A stretch of 64,000 nt of DNA from Basidiobolus meristosporus CBS 931.73 (taxonomy: Eukaryota > Fungi > Basidiobolomycota), in NCBI GenBank assembly GCA_002104905.1, contig MCFE01000242.1, positions 53,647 through 117,646 on the forward strand, written 5' to 3'. The translations under genes and the position numbers were made by a program. How positions within the stretch are numbered: the stretch's first letter is position 1; each line of letters begins with the position of its first letter. Positions 24,559-36,173 of this stretch are shown here, piece by piece. Under the pieces are notes generated by a model. That model did not search any database. It worked only from the letters and a program-made list of their open reading frames with translations, and had not been told where the DNA came from.

Positions 24559-25159
24559 TTACAAAACGGACAAATTGCCGAATTTCTCATTGTATCCAGG
24601 TACGGTCCAGTTACCCTTCTTGATCATGTCCTCAACGACCGCTGGAATCTCCGGCTTGGCCTTGATAACATCATCAACTGTGAGGTCTTCTATTGGGCGA
24701 GCTTGCTCAATGTTCTTGATGGTCTCCTTGAGGTCGGCTACCTCAAGATCCAACTGCTTGGCGGTGAATTGGGCTTTTTGGACCTACGAAAAGACAGGTT
24801 CGGTTAGTGATGCTACGGGTGGTAATAGGAGGGCTCAGATCTGGGGGTGAAGTTTCTCTACATACTGCCTTCTCTTCGAACGCGGAGATCACCTTGAGCT
24901 GGGCATCGAGGTTGTATTTGACGGGCTTGAAAGTGGAGAAAGCCTTCTCAGCCTGGTCCACGACCTTCTTGTTCTTAAGAAGGGTGCGATAGTGGGCGAA
25001 GTCGATGTCGGTCTTCTGCTCTTTCAAGGCATCCACGTTACGCTTGAGTTCGTCGTAGCGCTTGCGGAAGGAGGTCAACGACGCAGCGGTATCTTTCTTA
25101 AGGCCCAAGCTGGCAAGCTTGCTCCAGTCGATGTGGGTGATGGCTGAACGAGCTGACAT
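24559..25159 (-). CDS. ATP7: Mitochondrial ATP synthase subunit d (2 exons)
   Basis: MSARSAITHIDWSKL..LTSFRKRYDE..IDFAHYRTLLKNKKVVD..|..DLKETIKNIEQARPIEDLTVDDVIKAKPEI..MIKKGNWTVPGYNEKFGNLSVL. Confidence 0.97.
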
Positions 25160-25368
25160 GTTGGTTCGTAGATTATGAGAAGAAGGCTCAAAGTAACACG
25201 CCGACCAAAATCTTGGTGAATATCACCGATTCTTCACTGCACCTCGCCATCATCTTTACTGGTCTTAGCACGCCCCTTGGTTGGGGTGATTTTTTCATTC
25301 ATACGATGGGGGAGAGGGCGGAGGCCAAGTCAGCGTTTGGGGTGGATCACGGATAAATCCCCCCATAC

Positions 25369-25630
25369 ATGTACTATTCACCCGATCATTTGGAAAGGGT
25401 TTTTGATGGTTGGGGAGTATGCTTGGTTTGGGCAGACTTCTCCCACCAACCTTTACTAACTGATGGCCTTCCCGAATTTTCGCCAGATCTATGCATCTTT
25501 TCGAACGGTCGAAGAAGAGAGACAGATATCCCGCCAGGCCTTCTTCAAGTTGATCGGGTTCATCACGTCGTGTGTATTCATGTCCTACTTAGCTTCTCGT
25601 GGTAGGCTGCCAAAAGCCATTGCGCCTTAG
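25369..25630 (+). CDS. Unannotated 63-aa two-exon microprotein with one predicted transmembrane helix
   Basis: Exon 25369-25416, a 70-nt intron with GTATGC, an ACTAAC branch point and CAG (25417-25486), and exon 25487-25630 join in phase 0: MYYSPDHLERVFDGWGIYASFRTVEEERQISRQAFFKLIGFITSCVFMSYLASRGRLPKAIAP*. Confidence 0.65.
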
Positions 25631-26044
25631 TGCGCCTCAGCGGTATTCTTGTAAATAGGGTAGATCCATAGAGTATGTCCGCGCTGGGACGGCTTAGGGA
25701 AGGTCAGGGGTTCTTCATCTACATAGCCTTCGCTCCATTTTGGCCATCCGGAAGAGCCACCCCCCTCGTCACGTGTTGAGAGCAATAATAAATTACCCAG
25801 AGCCTGTTCCTTTGGGAGGGATTCTCGAAGTAGCCTTTATCAGACAACGGTATAGTATTCCATTTGTAGCCGAGGTGACCCTTTACGCGCGCGCGCACGT
25901 ACACGCACACACTACTACCACGTCGCACTTGGCCCAACGTTCAGCTGCATTTAATTAATTGAATCCTGATCGGGGTAATGGATTTGTGACTTAGATTTAT
26001 TTAGATGGGATCGGATCAAACAGTAGTGTAATTGGTAAGAGCTT

Positions 26045-26284
26045 CTAAAGACCAGCCATTGATATCTCTATACCATGCCGCTCGGCTAGAAACCAATGCC
26101 GTACTGGTAGCCCAGCCTGTGGTGACCTTGGTCGACGGGTGGGTCTCTCACTGCGGGCGTTAGGGGTCCGAGAGGCATATGCTCTCAGATGGTTTTTCAG
26201 CTTCCTGATGGCCTCGGGAGAGGTGACCTTGAGACTCATCAAGATGGTGGAGATGAAGACTAGGAGCAGGAGGAGGAATGACAT
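26045..26284 (-). CDS. Possible small secreted or membrane-anchored basic peptide (79 aa)
   Basis: MSFLLLLLVFISTILMSLK signal-like N-terminus followed by an Arg/Pro-rich region. There is no other support. Confidence 0.25.
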   Translation of the reverse strand: MSFLLLLLVFISTILMSLKVTSPEAIRKLKNHLRAYASRTPNARSERPTRRPRSPQAGLPVRHWFLAERHGIEISMAGL

Positions 26285-27273
26285 TTTCGGTTAAACTTGA
26301 TGCGGATGGTGGGCTCCTCGCCGGTTATATAGGTCTTGGGCCGGATCCACTTTGTACGTAAATGGACGCTGCCTCTGCTCTGCCAACCGGTGACCCCACT
26401 CCCACTTGTCGCCAGAAGGCCCGCTGCAAACGTCGGTAATCTAAACCAATCCATCTATGTTGGTCTGCATCCCTGTGTGTAACTCGGTAATTGGGTTCAA
26501 ACGGTCCAAGGGCCAGACGTCACTCATCGGCACCTAAATTGTTGCCTGATCTCAAATCAGCTCCGGTTTCCTGAGTCATATATGCAGCGAGCTGTCAATA
26601 CGGATCGCATGGATGGGTGGGTGACATGCCTTTATTTGTTGTCCCTAGGCTGTGCGCGGAGATCGGTACAGAACCTCCAGTGGCTGACTATCGAATCGAT
26701 GTACGTGCTTGGTGGAATGCGAGTGAAATCTGCCCTGTGCATTGACGAAATGGTAGACTTGCCATGGATACCTGATTGCTAGTGCCACCCATCAAAGACC
26801 TCCCCAAAGGCCTCCCCGCTCACTACAAAGGGGGGTAGGAATCATCTGATGCGCCAAAGGGTTATCGGGTCATGGATCATTTACTTGGAATTGTCCCGAT
26901 ACCGGCTGGATTATTTCGATGGAATTATCCTTGCGGTACCCTCATTTATTCCGTAATATTCGAATGGAAGGTCGCTCAGCTCTCTGTGGTTTGTTGCTCA
27001 CCGGAAATCTCAGGAGATTAGAATGGGTCGAGACACGCTGCTTTATGAAATACCTAGAGTCTCCTATCCAGTCGAAATCGGTTTGGGTTGACTTGGTCTG
27101 ATCTTTTTATGAATTCTATGGAATTGCAGACACAGGATAGAAAAGTCCCTTCCCCCTCCCCGAATTCTACGCACTCCTGTCCATTTCTCCTTGGATTTGG
27201 TAACCGATTTGCTCACTGTGGAATGTCATCCTGGTAGAAATAATGGAATTGAAGTTGGGCTCACTTCACATTC

Positions 27274-27610
27274 TGTTGTAAAAATTCGGAATTCCACCTA
27301 AATATTCACCTAGCTTAGTCACTTAGATCATTACCTTCAAATCCTAAAGAATACTGACCAAAATCCTTGTTGGGATTTACTTATGAATATTTACCATGAA
27401 CATGGTAAATATTAGATAAGTTGTCCAAACAGCCCCAAACTTTGCACACATGTTCTTGGGACCTTCCTAAACCTATTCTACATGCTTGTTATGCCAAGAC
27501 CATGTAAAAGTATAAATACTACTTTACATTCAATAAATCACTAAGTGAAAACCACATAATTCTACTTGTCCTCCCAAATCACTTCCAATATCTCCAAGAC
27601 TCTTACAACT
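27274..27610 (+). repeat. 5' LTR of copia A1 (LTR family A)
   Basis: TGTTGTAAAA...CTTACAAC followed by the PBS. Confidence 0.9.
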
Positions 27611-27655
27611 GGTTATGAGCCCCAAGCTGTCACTCTCTGCTATGTCTACTACTGA

Positions 27656-28405
27656 TATTACTGGAACTTTTCCCTCTGCTGAAAAGTTGGAAGCATCCAA
27701 TTACCAAGTGTGGAAGGTGAAGATGAAGATGCTGCTACAAGAAAGAGGCCTTTGGGATATTGTCATGGGAGAAGAATGCCCTCCTAAGAACATGGGAGAG
27801 GAAGCCTTAAAGTATCAGGAGAAAGAACAAAGTGCCTTCAACTGCATTTGCCTTGATGTCAAAGACAAATTGCCAACTCAATGCTGAAGAGCAAAAACAG
27901 CAAAGAATGCCTGGAAGGCATTAGAAGACACCTACCAGTCATGTTCAGCTGCCAAGAGAGTGTATCTTTAACAAAAATTCTTTACTAAAAAGATGCTGCC
28001 AGGAGAAGAAATCCAAAATCTAATTAACAGTATTACTGGAACTTTTCCCTCTGCTGAAAAGTTGGATGCATCCAATTACCAAGTGTAGAAGGTGAAGATG
28101 AAGATGCTGCCACAAGAAAGAGGCCTTTGGGATATTGTCATGGGAGAAGAATGCCCTCCTAAAAATGTGGGAGAGGAAGCCTTAAAGTACCAGAAGAAAG
28201 AACAAAGTGCCTTTAACTGCATTTGCCTTAATGTCAAGGACAAATTGCTAATTCAATGCTCAAGAGCAAAAATGGCAAAGAATGCCTGGAAGGCATTAGA
28301 AGACACCTACCAGTCATGTTCAGCTGCCAAGAAAATGTATCTGAGACAAAAATTCTTTACTACAAAGATGCTGCCAGGAGAAGAAATGAAAAATCTAATT
28401 AACAG
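27656..28405 (+). repeat. 375-bp in-frame tandem duplication inside copia A1 gag
   Basis: tattactggaacttttccctctgctgaaaag starts at both 27656 and 28031; both copies end in ctaattaacag. Confidence 0.95.
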
Positions 28406-28820
28406 AATTACCCTGCTGGTAGATGATATGGAATCTGTGGGCATACCAATTACTGATGAGGATGTGATAGTTACCATCCTGAATAGCGTGACAGACAAGT
28501 TTCAGGGCCTTGTATCAGCCCTAGAGTCCAGAACTAAAGATTTGACCTTAAATTACATATATGGAAGGCTCCCGGATGAAGAATTAAGAAAATCAAGCGC
28601 TAATAAGAAGGAAGAAGAAAATGCTTTAATAAGCAATGATAACCAACAAAGGAGGTACCCAAGACCCTACTAAGGCAACAGCAACCTGCTTTGTAACTAC
28701 TGCAAAAGGAAAGGACACACATCAGACCGGTGTCTCAAAAAGAAAGATAATCAGCAAAAGAAGCCTGAATATGGAAATGCTGCAACAACTGAAGATAGAC
28801 TATTCATATCTGCACTAAAT

Positions 28821-31800
28821 ATGACCACAAACAAGGATTCTCAGACATGGTATATTGACTCTGGAGCATCTCAACACTTTACACACCAAAAAGAACTTTT
28901 TACCCAATATCAAGAAATTCCTATTAAGAAGGTTTTCATGAGTGACAATAGTACACTTGATGCAGTGGGAGAAGGAACAATCCAAGTAAACCTAAGAAGC
29001 AGTGAAGGAAGCCATACACTGACCTTTAAAGAAGTACTCTATGTACCAGAAATAGCCAAGAACCTACTCTCTGTAAGCAAGGCCACAGCAGAAGGACTCA
29101 GTTTCAGTTTTGACAATTCTGGATGCAGGATCACTGATCAAAATGGTGCCCATATTGCTTTGGGCATCAGAGATCAGAATCTATACAAGTTGACTTATAT
29201 ACCATCATACTTGGAAGCCAATATAGGTAACTTATATGAAGAAACACCAATGCTTTGGCACAGGAGATTTGGGCACATCAATTTTGATTATTTGCGCAAA
29301 ATGATCAAAGATCAGCTAATTTCTGGAGTAAAAATTGATCCCCCAGCTAATTTGGAGCACTGTGAAGCCTGCATATATGGGAAACAAGCCAGACAACCGT
29401 TCAAGAGCTCTGGGTTAATCAAAACTAAGAAAAAATTAGATCTAATTCACTCAGATCTGTGTGGACCTATGCAAAATTTATCCTTAGGCAGGATGAAGTA
29501 TTTAATCACTTTTATTGATGAATATACAAGATACACATGGGTCTACTTCATGGAGAGAAAGGAAGAAGCTCTGTTTAAGCTCAGGGAGTTTAAAGCCATG
29601 ATGGAGAGAGAAACTGGTGAAAAAATCAAGAAAATACACTCTGACAATGGTGGAGAATATACCTCAAAGCTCTTCATCCACTTCCGCAAAATTCATGGGA
29701 TAAAGCAAGAGACTACTGTACCATACTCCCCACAGCAAAATAAAGTAGCAGAACAAGCTAACAGATCAATAATTGATATGGCAAGATCTATGATCCATGA
29801 TCAAAAATTATCCTATGATTTCTGGGCGGAATCAGTTGCCACTGATGTATACCTCAAAAATAGGAGTTATAACAGAATACTTTGTGATTCTACTCCATTT
29901 GAAGCATGGCATGGATACAGACCAAGTGCAGAACATCTAAGAATATTTGGGTGTACAGCATATGCCAAAAAACTGGCCGGAAATCAGTCAAAATTTGAGC
30001 CAAAAAGTGTAAAATGCATATTTTTGGGCTACTGCAATGAGAGTAAGGCATACAGACTCTACAATACCAAAGCAAAGAAGCTGATCAAGTCCAGTGATGT
30101 GTTGTTTGATGAAAATTCAAAATTTTCACAAAAAATGACATCAGATTATGACAAAAATTTGATCTCAAGTCCACCAATTGTCAGGATTGAATCAGAGCAA
30201 AACAATGAAAATTTTTTCACTCCAGAGGACTCTACAACCGTGGTTCTGCCAGAATCAGTGCCCAGGAATATCCCAGAAGTGATCAGTCCAGTATCAAATG
30301 CCTGGAGATCCAGTTGGACAAGATATAGCCCAAATTACTATATCGATGAGGGTACAAACTTAGCCTATGCCTATTCAGTCCATGTTGATGAGCCCCAGAC
30401 TGTAAAAGAGACCCTAAATAGCCCTCAGAAAAGTTTTGGAGATCTGCAATGACTGAGGAATATCAGGCCCTGATGGAAAATCAAACTTGGGACTTAGTCA
30501 AATTACCAATCAACCAAAAATTAATTGGATGCAGATGGGTCTTCAAGACAAAATACAATGCTGATGGTACAATTGAAAGATACAAAGCAAGACTTGTAGC
30601 CAAAGGATACTCTCAAACAAAAGGACTTGACTATACTGAGACCTTTGCACCGGTAGCCAAGTTTAATTCCATCAGATTAATATTGGCTATTGCAGCCAAA
30701 TATAAGATTTTTATTCATCAAATGGATGTACAAACTGCACTTTTGAATGGAGAACTTGATGAGGACGTGTATATGGACCAGCCTGATGGGTTTGTTGACC
30801 AAGATAACCCCCATTTGGTCTGCAAGCTTAAAAAGTCACTATATGGTCTCAAACAATCACCAAGAGCCTGGAATTGCAAGATAGATTCTTATTTGGAATC
30901 TTTGAGTTTCATAAGGAGTAATGCTGACTATAGTATATACTATATGCCAGATAGAGCAAATCCATTCCTATTAGCTCTATATGTGGATGATCTTATTATA
31001 GCCACCAATAACCTAGAAGCATTTGAAGAGACTAAATCCAGTCTATCTAAGGAGTTCAAGATGTCTGACCTAGGGGAACTTAATTACTACTTAGGGATTA
31101 AGTTATCCATAGACAGAAGTACCCAGACTATCACCCTAAGCCAATCCAAGTATATTCAAGATATACTAACAAAGTACAAAATGGAAGACTATAAACCAGC
31201 AGCTACCCCAAAGGAGACAAACCTTAACTTGGTCAAAACTCAACCATATCAAGGGAGCTTGGTGCCATCTGAAAGCCCTGACTTTCCTTATCAATCTAAG
31301 GTTGGCAGTCTGATGTATATCATGCTTGGAACATGTCCAAATATCTCATATTCAGTGGGAGTGGTCAGCCAACATAATCAGAATTATGGATCTGATCATA
31401 TTGCAGCAGTTAAGCGGATTTTAAGATACCTAAAAGGAACTGCTGACATCTGCTTAAGATACACTTATAAGGACTCAGAAAAGGATCTTGTGGGATACTC
31501 TGATGCTCATTGGGGACAAAATTTAGAAGACAGAAGATCCACTACAGGATATACCTTTCTTTACTGTAAAGGAGCAATTTTATGGAATTCAAGAAAGCAA
31601 CCAACCAAAGCACTCTCTACCACAGAGGCAGAGTACATGGCAGCCTGTGAAGCTACAAAAGAAGCAATGTGATTAAGAAAACTTTCACAGATTTAGGCCT
31701 ATGTCAAAAAACTCCTATTACTATATTTCAAGATAATCAAGGATGTATACAATTAGGTACAAATCCAGCTTTTAATGCTAGAACCAAGCACATAGATATT

Positions 31801-31959
31801 AGACATCATTTCATAAATGAAGCTACAGAGAATAAATTAGTTAGCTTAGTTTACTGTCCTACAGATGAAATGATTGCAGACATATTTACCAAACCATTAG
31901 CTAGAGACAAGTTTGAATATCTTAGGTCAAAATTAGGACTAGTCAGTATGAACATTTAG
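28821..31959 (+). pseudogene. copia A1 pol polyprotein (PR-IN-RT-RH) broken near 30450 and 31670
   Basis: ORFs 28821-30452, 30449-31672 and 31669-31959 are consecutive parts of pol. There is a frameshift before WRSAM, and a TGG>TGA change plus a 1-nt deletion at EAM*LRK. Confidence 0.95.
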
Positions 31960-31970
31960 CTGAGTGGGAG

Positions 31971-32318
31971 TGTTGTAAAAATTTGTATTTCCACCTAAAT
32001 ATTCACCTAACTTAGTCACTTAGATCATCACCTTCAAATCCTAGAGAATACTGACCAAATTCCTTGTTGGGATATACTAGAAATATTTTCACCAAAATAC
32101 CAGGTACTCAGAACATGGAAATTCTCAAAGTTGTCCAAACAGCCTCAAACTTTGCACACATATTCTTGGGACCTTCCTTAGCCTATTCTGTGTGTTTGTA
32201 ATGCCAAGACCAGGTCAACGTAAAAATACTACTTTACATTCAATCAATCATTAAGTGAAAACCACATAATCTACTTGTTCTCCCAATCACTTCCAATATC
32301 TCCAAGACTCTCACAACA
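31971..32318 (+). repeat. 3' LTR of copia A1
   Basis: Preceded by the PPT; TGTTGTAAAA...CTCACAACA. Confidence 0.92.
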
Positions 32319-33375
32319 GGAACAAGTCAAGTGCATTCTGCTTGGCCTTGAGTTCCTGATTGTTCCATGGTATGCCAGCCTTAAGGCAATGGTGTGCTAT
32401 ACTCCTGATGGCCTCTAGAAATATTAGCCCACTCTTCATTTTTGCACTCAACAGCTTCACAGATCTTCAATGCCATTTGATATTTAGGCTATAGTATAAA
32501 CACCACATTGTATCCCTCCCACACATGTGATAGATTTTTCTGTGGGCTTTATCCTTGGGACATTGTTGTTGTGCTCATAGACTGTGCTGTGTTCCTCTGC
32601 TGCTACATCTGGAGATGGCTCAATTCTTGGCTGTGATATTGAGCTACTTGAGTTCCTTCTTTGCAGCAAAGATACTGCTTTCTCTACCTGCAATATTGAT
32701 TATTCTACATGTATTATCCGCTCATCCTGTTTCTGGACTAATTCCTAATCTCTCTGGGCCATTGCATCAGTCCTATCAGCCACTGCACCTAATCTGCTTG
32801 ATTAGTGCTTTGGTATGAGCTGACAACATACTTACTAATATGGGTGGTGGCAATGTTATGACAGCCACCTGCTGGTCTTCAACTGAGGGTACTGCATTAG
32901 CTACATTCTCACCTGTCTGAGCATAGTGTTCAGCTTGTGGCTCTGCAGAGGTTCTCAATTGCCTACTTGACTGAGAGCCCAAGGAGTCCACATTATTACC
33001 TTCAGTGGGCACACTGTTAACATGGCCTTATTGAATGTAGCCCTGCTTGTTGCACGGAATGTCAAAGCAAGCTGTTGTCCAACCATTCTCCGCTGCTGTC
33101 AGTGGTGAGGTTTGGTTGGGAACCAAACAACTTTGCTTTATTTTTTGGTGGCATATATATGGAAGTGAGTCAGACCAAAGGGGAAATAGTGTTACATATA
33201 AATGTGTACGTGGCACCACAACTTTATTTATAATGCTTACTATGGCAGGTCATCATTGAATCTTACATTCATGTAGGTGGGATGTCTCAAATTCAAGACT
33301 GTCATAAATTCACATGAGTATTGACCAAAAGTGATATAATAGTGTTAAATTGTTGAAGGTCAAACTGTTTGCCCC

Positions 33376-35679
33376 ATGGACAAGACTATTTTGACTCAAC
33401 ACCATAAGAGAAGAGAAAAAAGACCATGTGGCTATTGTAGCAAGCCTCTCAGCCATGAGGCATGCAGACAGCATAGGAAGTATTCCAAGGATCATGGCAA
33501 GTGTTTTGCCACTCAAGTCATAGTTGACCATTCATTGGTCACTACTGTACCAACATTATCTTGCTAGCCAGTTGATACTTCTATATTGGCACCTGGCTGT
33601 CTTTGTCACCTTATGCAAACTGAGTCAGGTGAGTTTGTGACACCTTTAGGCTCACCTCAGCCTTCTGAATAAGGCACACAGAGTGATAGTTCCCACAAAG
33701 AATGTTCACTTATGGATTTTGAGCCTATTTCCCCTAACAACAGTACCATATACGAGCCTGGTCAAACCCCTATATGCAATGAGATAACACCTGTTGAAAA
33801 ATATGCCAAGGATACTTTATAAAGCTAAGTGAGCCCAGTAATCCATCTACTGGTGAATGATATAATGTTGTGGCTAGAGAGGTGATACATTTCCACTAAT
33901 ATCAGTAATGGGGGGTTTGAGGATTTATTACTACTTCTTGCCAAAATCATTCAGGGATGCAACTAACCATGTATATGGTACAAGTGGACAACCATCATGA
34001 GGCTGGCAACATTTGGTCCAGAGACTGTCGTGATTTCAGCATGTGTTCACAGTTGCATGGCTTTCACATCTGAAAATGCTGCCATTGCAATGTATCTAAG
34101 TTGTCAGGAATCCACCACCCTTAAGGGAAAACATTGTTCACACTCCAGATATATTCCGGTAATACCCTGTCTGAGGAAGCTGATGCAGTCCAACACATAT
34201 TGCAAAGCTATACAGTACTGCACTCAGTATCAATCAAGTGCAAACATATCCAATGTACTTGATGGCAAACATTACAAACAGCATAGAAGCAAGGGCTACT
34301 TTGAACGTATGTATGGCCATGCCTTTGCCTTGGCACTTGATGGATTCTCATCAAAACAAGTACTCTACCAGCAAATACTGCTGGCCACTGATTCTCATCA
34401 ATCTGAATCTGCTGCCCATCCTACAGTATCAGAGCAATAATCTGATGGTAGTCTCACTGGTATCTGGGCTAAAATCACCATCAAACCCGGATATCTACCA
34501 GTATCCATTACTGGATGAATTTTGTATGCTTTTCAGTATGATAACAGTTAATGGCCATCATGTAAAAGCATGTTTAATCATCTGCATTGGAGATACCCCA
34601 GCCATCAGCAAGATAGCAGGTTTTTCTGGGTACAATGGATGGTATTGCTGTCAAATGTGTGAGATCCAGAGGATTTACTCCATAAATCACATACATTATT
34701 ATTACCCAAACACCAGCACTGAGAACATCATCTTTCCACAGAGAGAACACACAGAAGTCAGCATGCAATTGCAGCAAAGTTGGCAAGCTATAAGCCATTG
34801 GTCAGAATATGGAATCAATCAGAAACCAAAGATACTTAAGATAGAGGGTATCTATGGGAACAAAAGCTTTCCACTGGGAGCAATGCATTTACTTTTCACC
34901 AATATCCCTATACTGAAGACTAAGTTGTACATGGGGCATTTCAAGCTAAAGGAGCCCTTTGAGATACTTGAGAAATTTGAAACAATTGGCAAAATATTAT
35001 AGAGTATCTGATACCCTAAGTACTTCTCACAGGCTCCAATTAATATTCATACAGATATGCAACATTTTGGAGTTTTCTATGGAGCAAATGTGTAGGGAGA
35101 TAGAAAGACAAGTCAAGTTGCAGGTACTACCATATCCCAATCTCATCAAGAATATTACATTTGAGTCCATCATGGATGTGATGAGTTAGCACATGAAGGA
35201 CTGTCAGCAAGAGTTGGAAAATACTGAAGACAAATGTGCACATGGAGACACCTATGCCTATGGCATTAAGAAGCTAAGCTGCCCCAATGTGTGGGTGATC
35301 AGTTAAGTAATGCAAAGTTGGGTTGGGTGCAACAAGCAACTGATCATTATTAGGAAAACTATACCAAGGTATGCCAGATTTCCCTTGGTCACAAGCCAAC
35401 TTCTACACCATTCAATATGGAATTCACACAAACAAAAGCCAGAGCACACTTATAAGGGGGACTAGAATCCAGCAGGGAGAAGGAATGTATTGGCTAAATA
35501 CCAAGAAGTTTGTTGCAGATATTCAGGAGGTATTCATGGCAGAAGTGGCAACAACCAAGCATATGTTTGCAAGATGTTTATGTTACCACCAATACAAGGT
35601 AAATGGCAACTTTGCAAGTATCACACTAAAAAGCCGCAAAGTAGAGGTGATAGAAGTATGTCAATTGTGGCAGGTGTGA
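33376..35679 (+). pseudogene. CACTA/EnSpm-like (tnp2/Transposase_21-type) transposase, degenerate
   Basis: N-terminal Cys/His motif RPCGYCSKPLSHEACRQH. Core DGKHY..LALDGF..WPLILINLNLLP..NLMVVSLVSGLKSP..YPLLDE..CIGDTPAISKIAGFSGYNGWYCCQMC..PLGAMHLLF. Many stops and frameshifts. Confidence 0.8.
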
Positions 35680-36173
35680 GTGCTTGTAGAGGTAAGTAAG
35701 CAGGAGGCCATAGTTTTTTTTGATTTAAACTATATGTGGAATACCCAAGGTAGTAGTGGGTAAGTAAATAAAGAGGGGTGACTCTACAGTGGAGTATATG
35801 AATTGCACAAGTGGAGGTAGAAAAAGGAAAAACCATTTGGTGAATTGGTACAGTAGCATTATACAGAACCAGCTGTAGGCCATCATACTGGCAATATAAT
35901 GCCATCCGAGTTTTGCTGAGAGGACATAGAAATACCATCAAGTTTCTTGCCATATACAGCAATTGAATATCTTGGCTGCTTGGATCCACTTAAAATAGTT
36001 GTAGAGCGCAAAAAGACCGTAACAATACATTGCAATTATTGTTACAGCTCCAATCAAATCTTGTCAAGTTTTATCCCTTTATTTGGTAGTAAAGTTAGCA
36101 AAATACCTTGTGATCCTGTCATAAGATTGTTAAGAATGTTACTAATTCCAAGCTGCTGGTATTATGATGGTCT

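Larger units (their letters stand above)
27274..32318 (+). mobile_element. Ty1/copia LTR retrotransposon A1, full length but mutated; chimeric LTRs and no TSD
   Basis: 5' LTR 27274-27610, PBS ggttatgagccc, gag with UBN2-like and zinc-knuckle remnants. Pol: protease WYIDSGASQH, GAG-pre-integrase LWHRRFGH, integrase LIHSDLCGP..HSDNGGEY, RT CRWVFKTK..RYKARLVAKG..LYVDDL, RNase H GYSDA..STTEAEY..KHIDIRHHFI. PPT tgagtgggag and 3' LTR 31971-32318. Confidence 0.97.

Noticed and set aside
26480-26530. GGTTCAAAC B-box-like motif suggesting a tRNA or Pol III gene
   Set aside because: No A box, cloverleaf stems or poly-T terminator found.
35740-35800. gtagtg and the actctacagtggagt hairpin as CACTA or Helitron termini
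   Set aside because: No matching CACTA start or TSD nearby, and the segment is missing in the 54.7-kb copy, so conservation cannot be shown.
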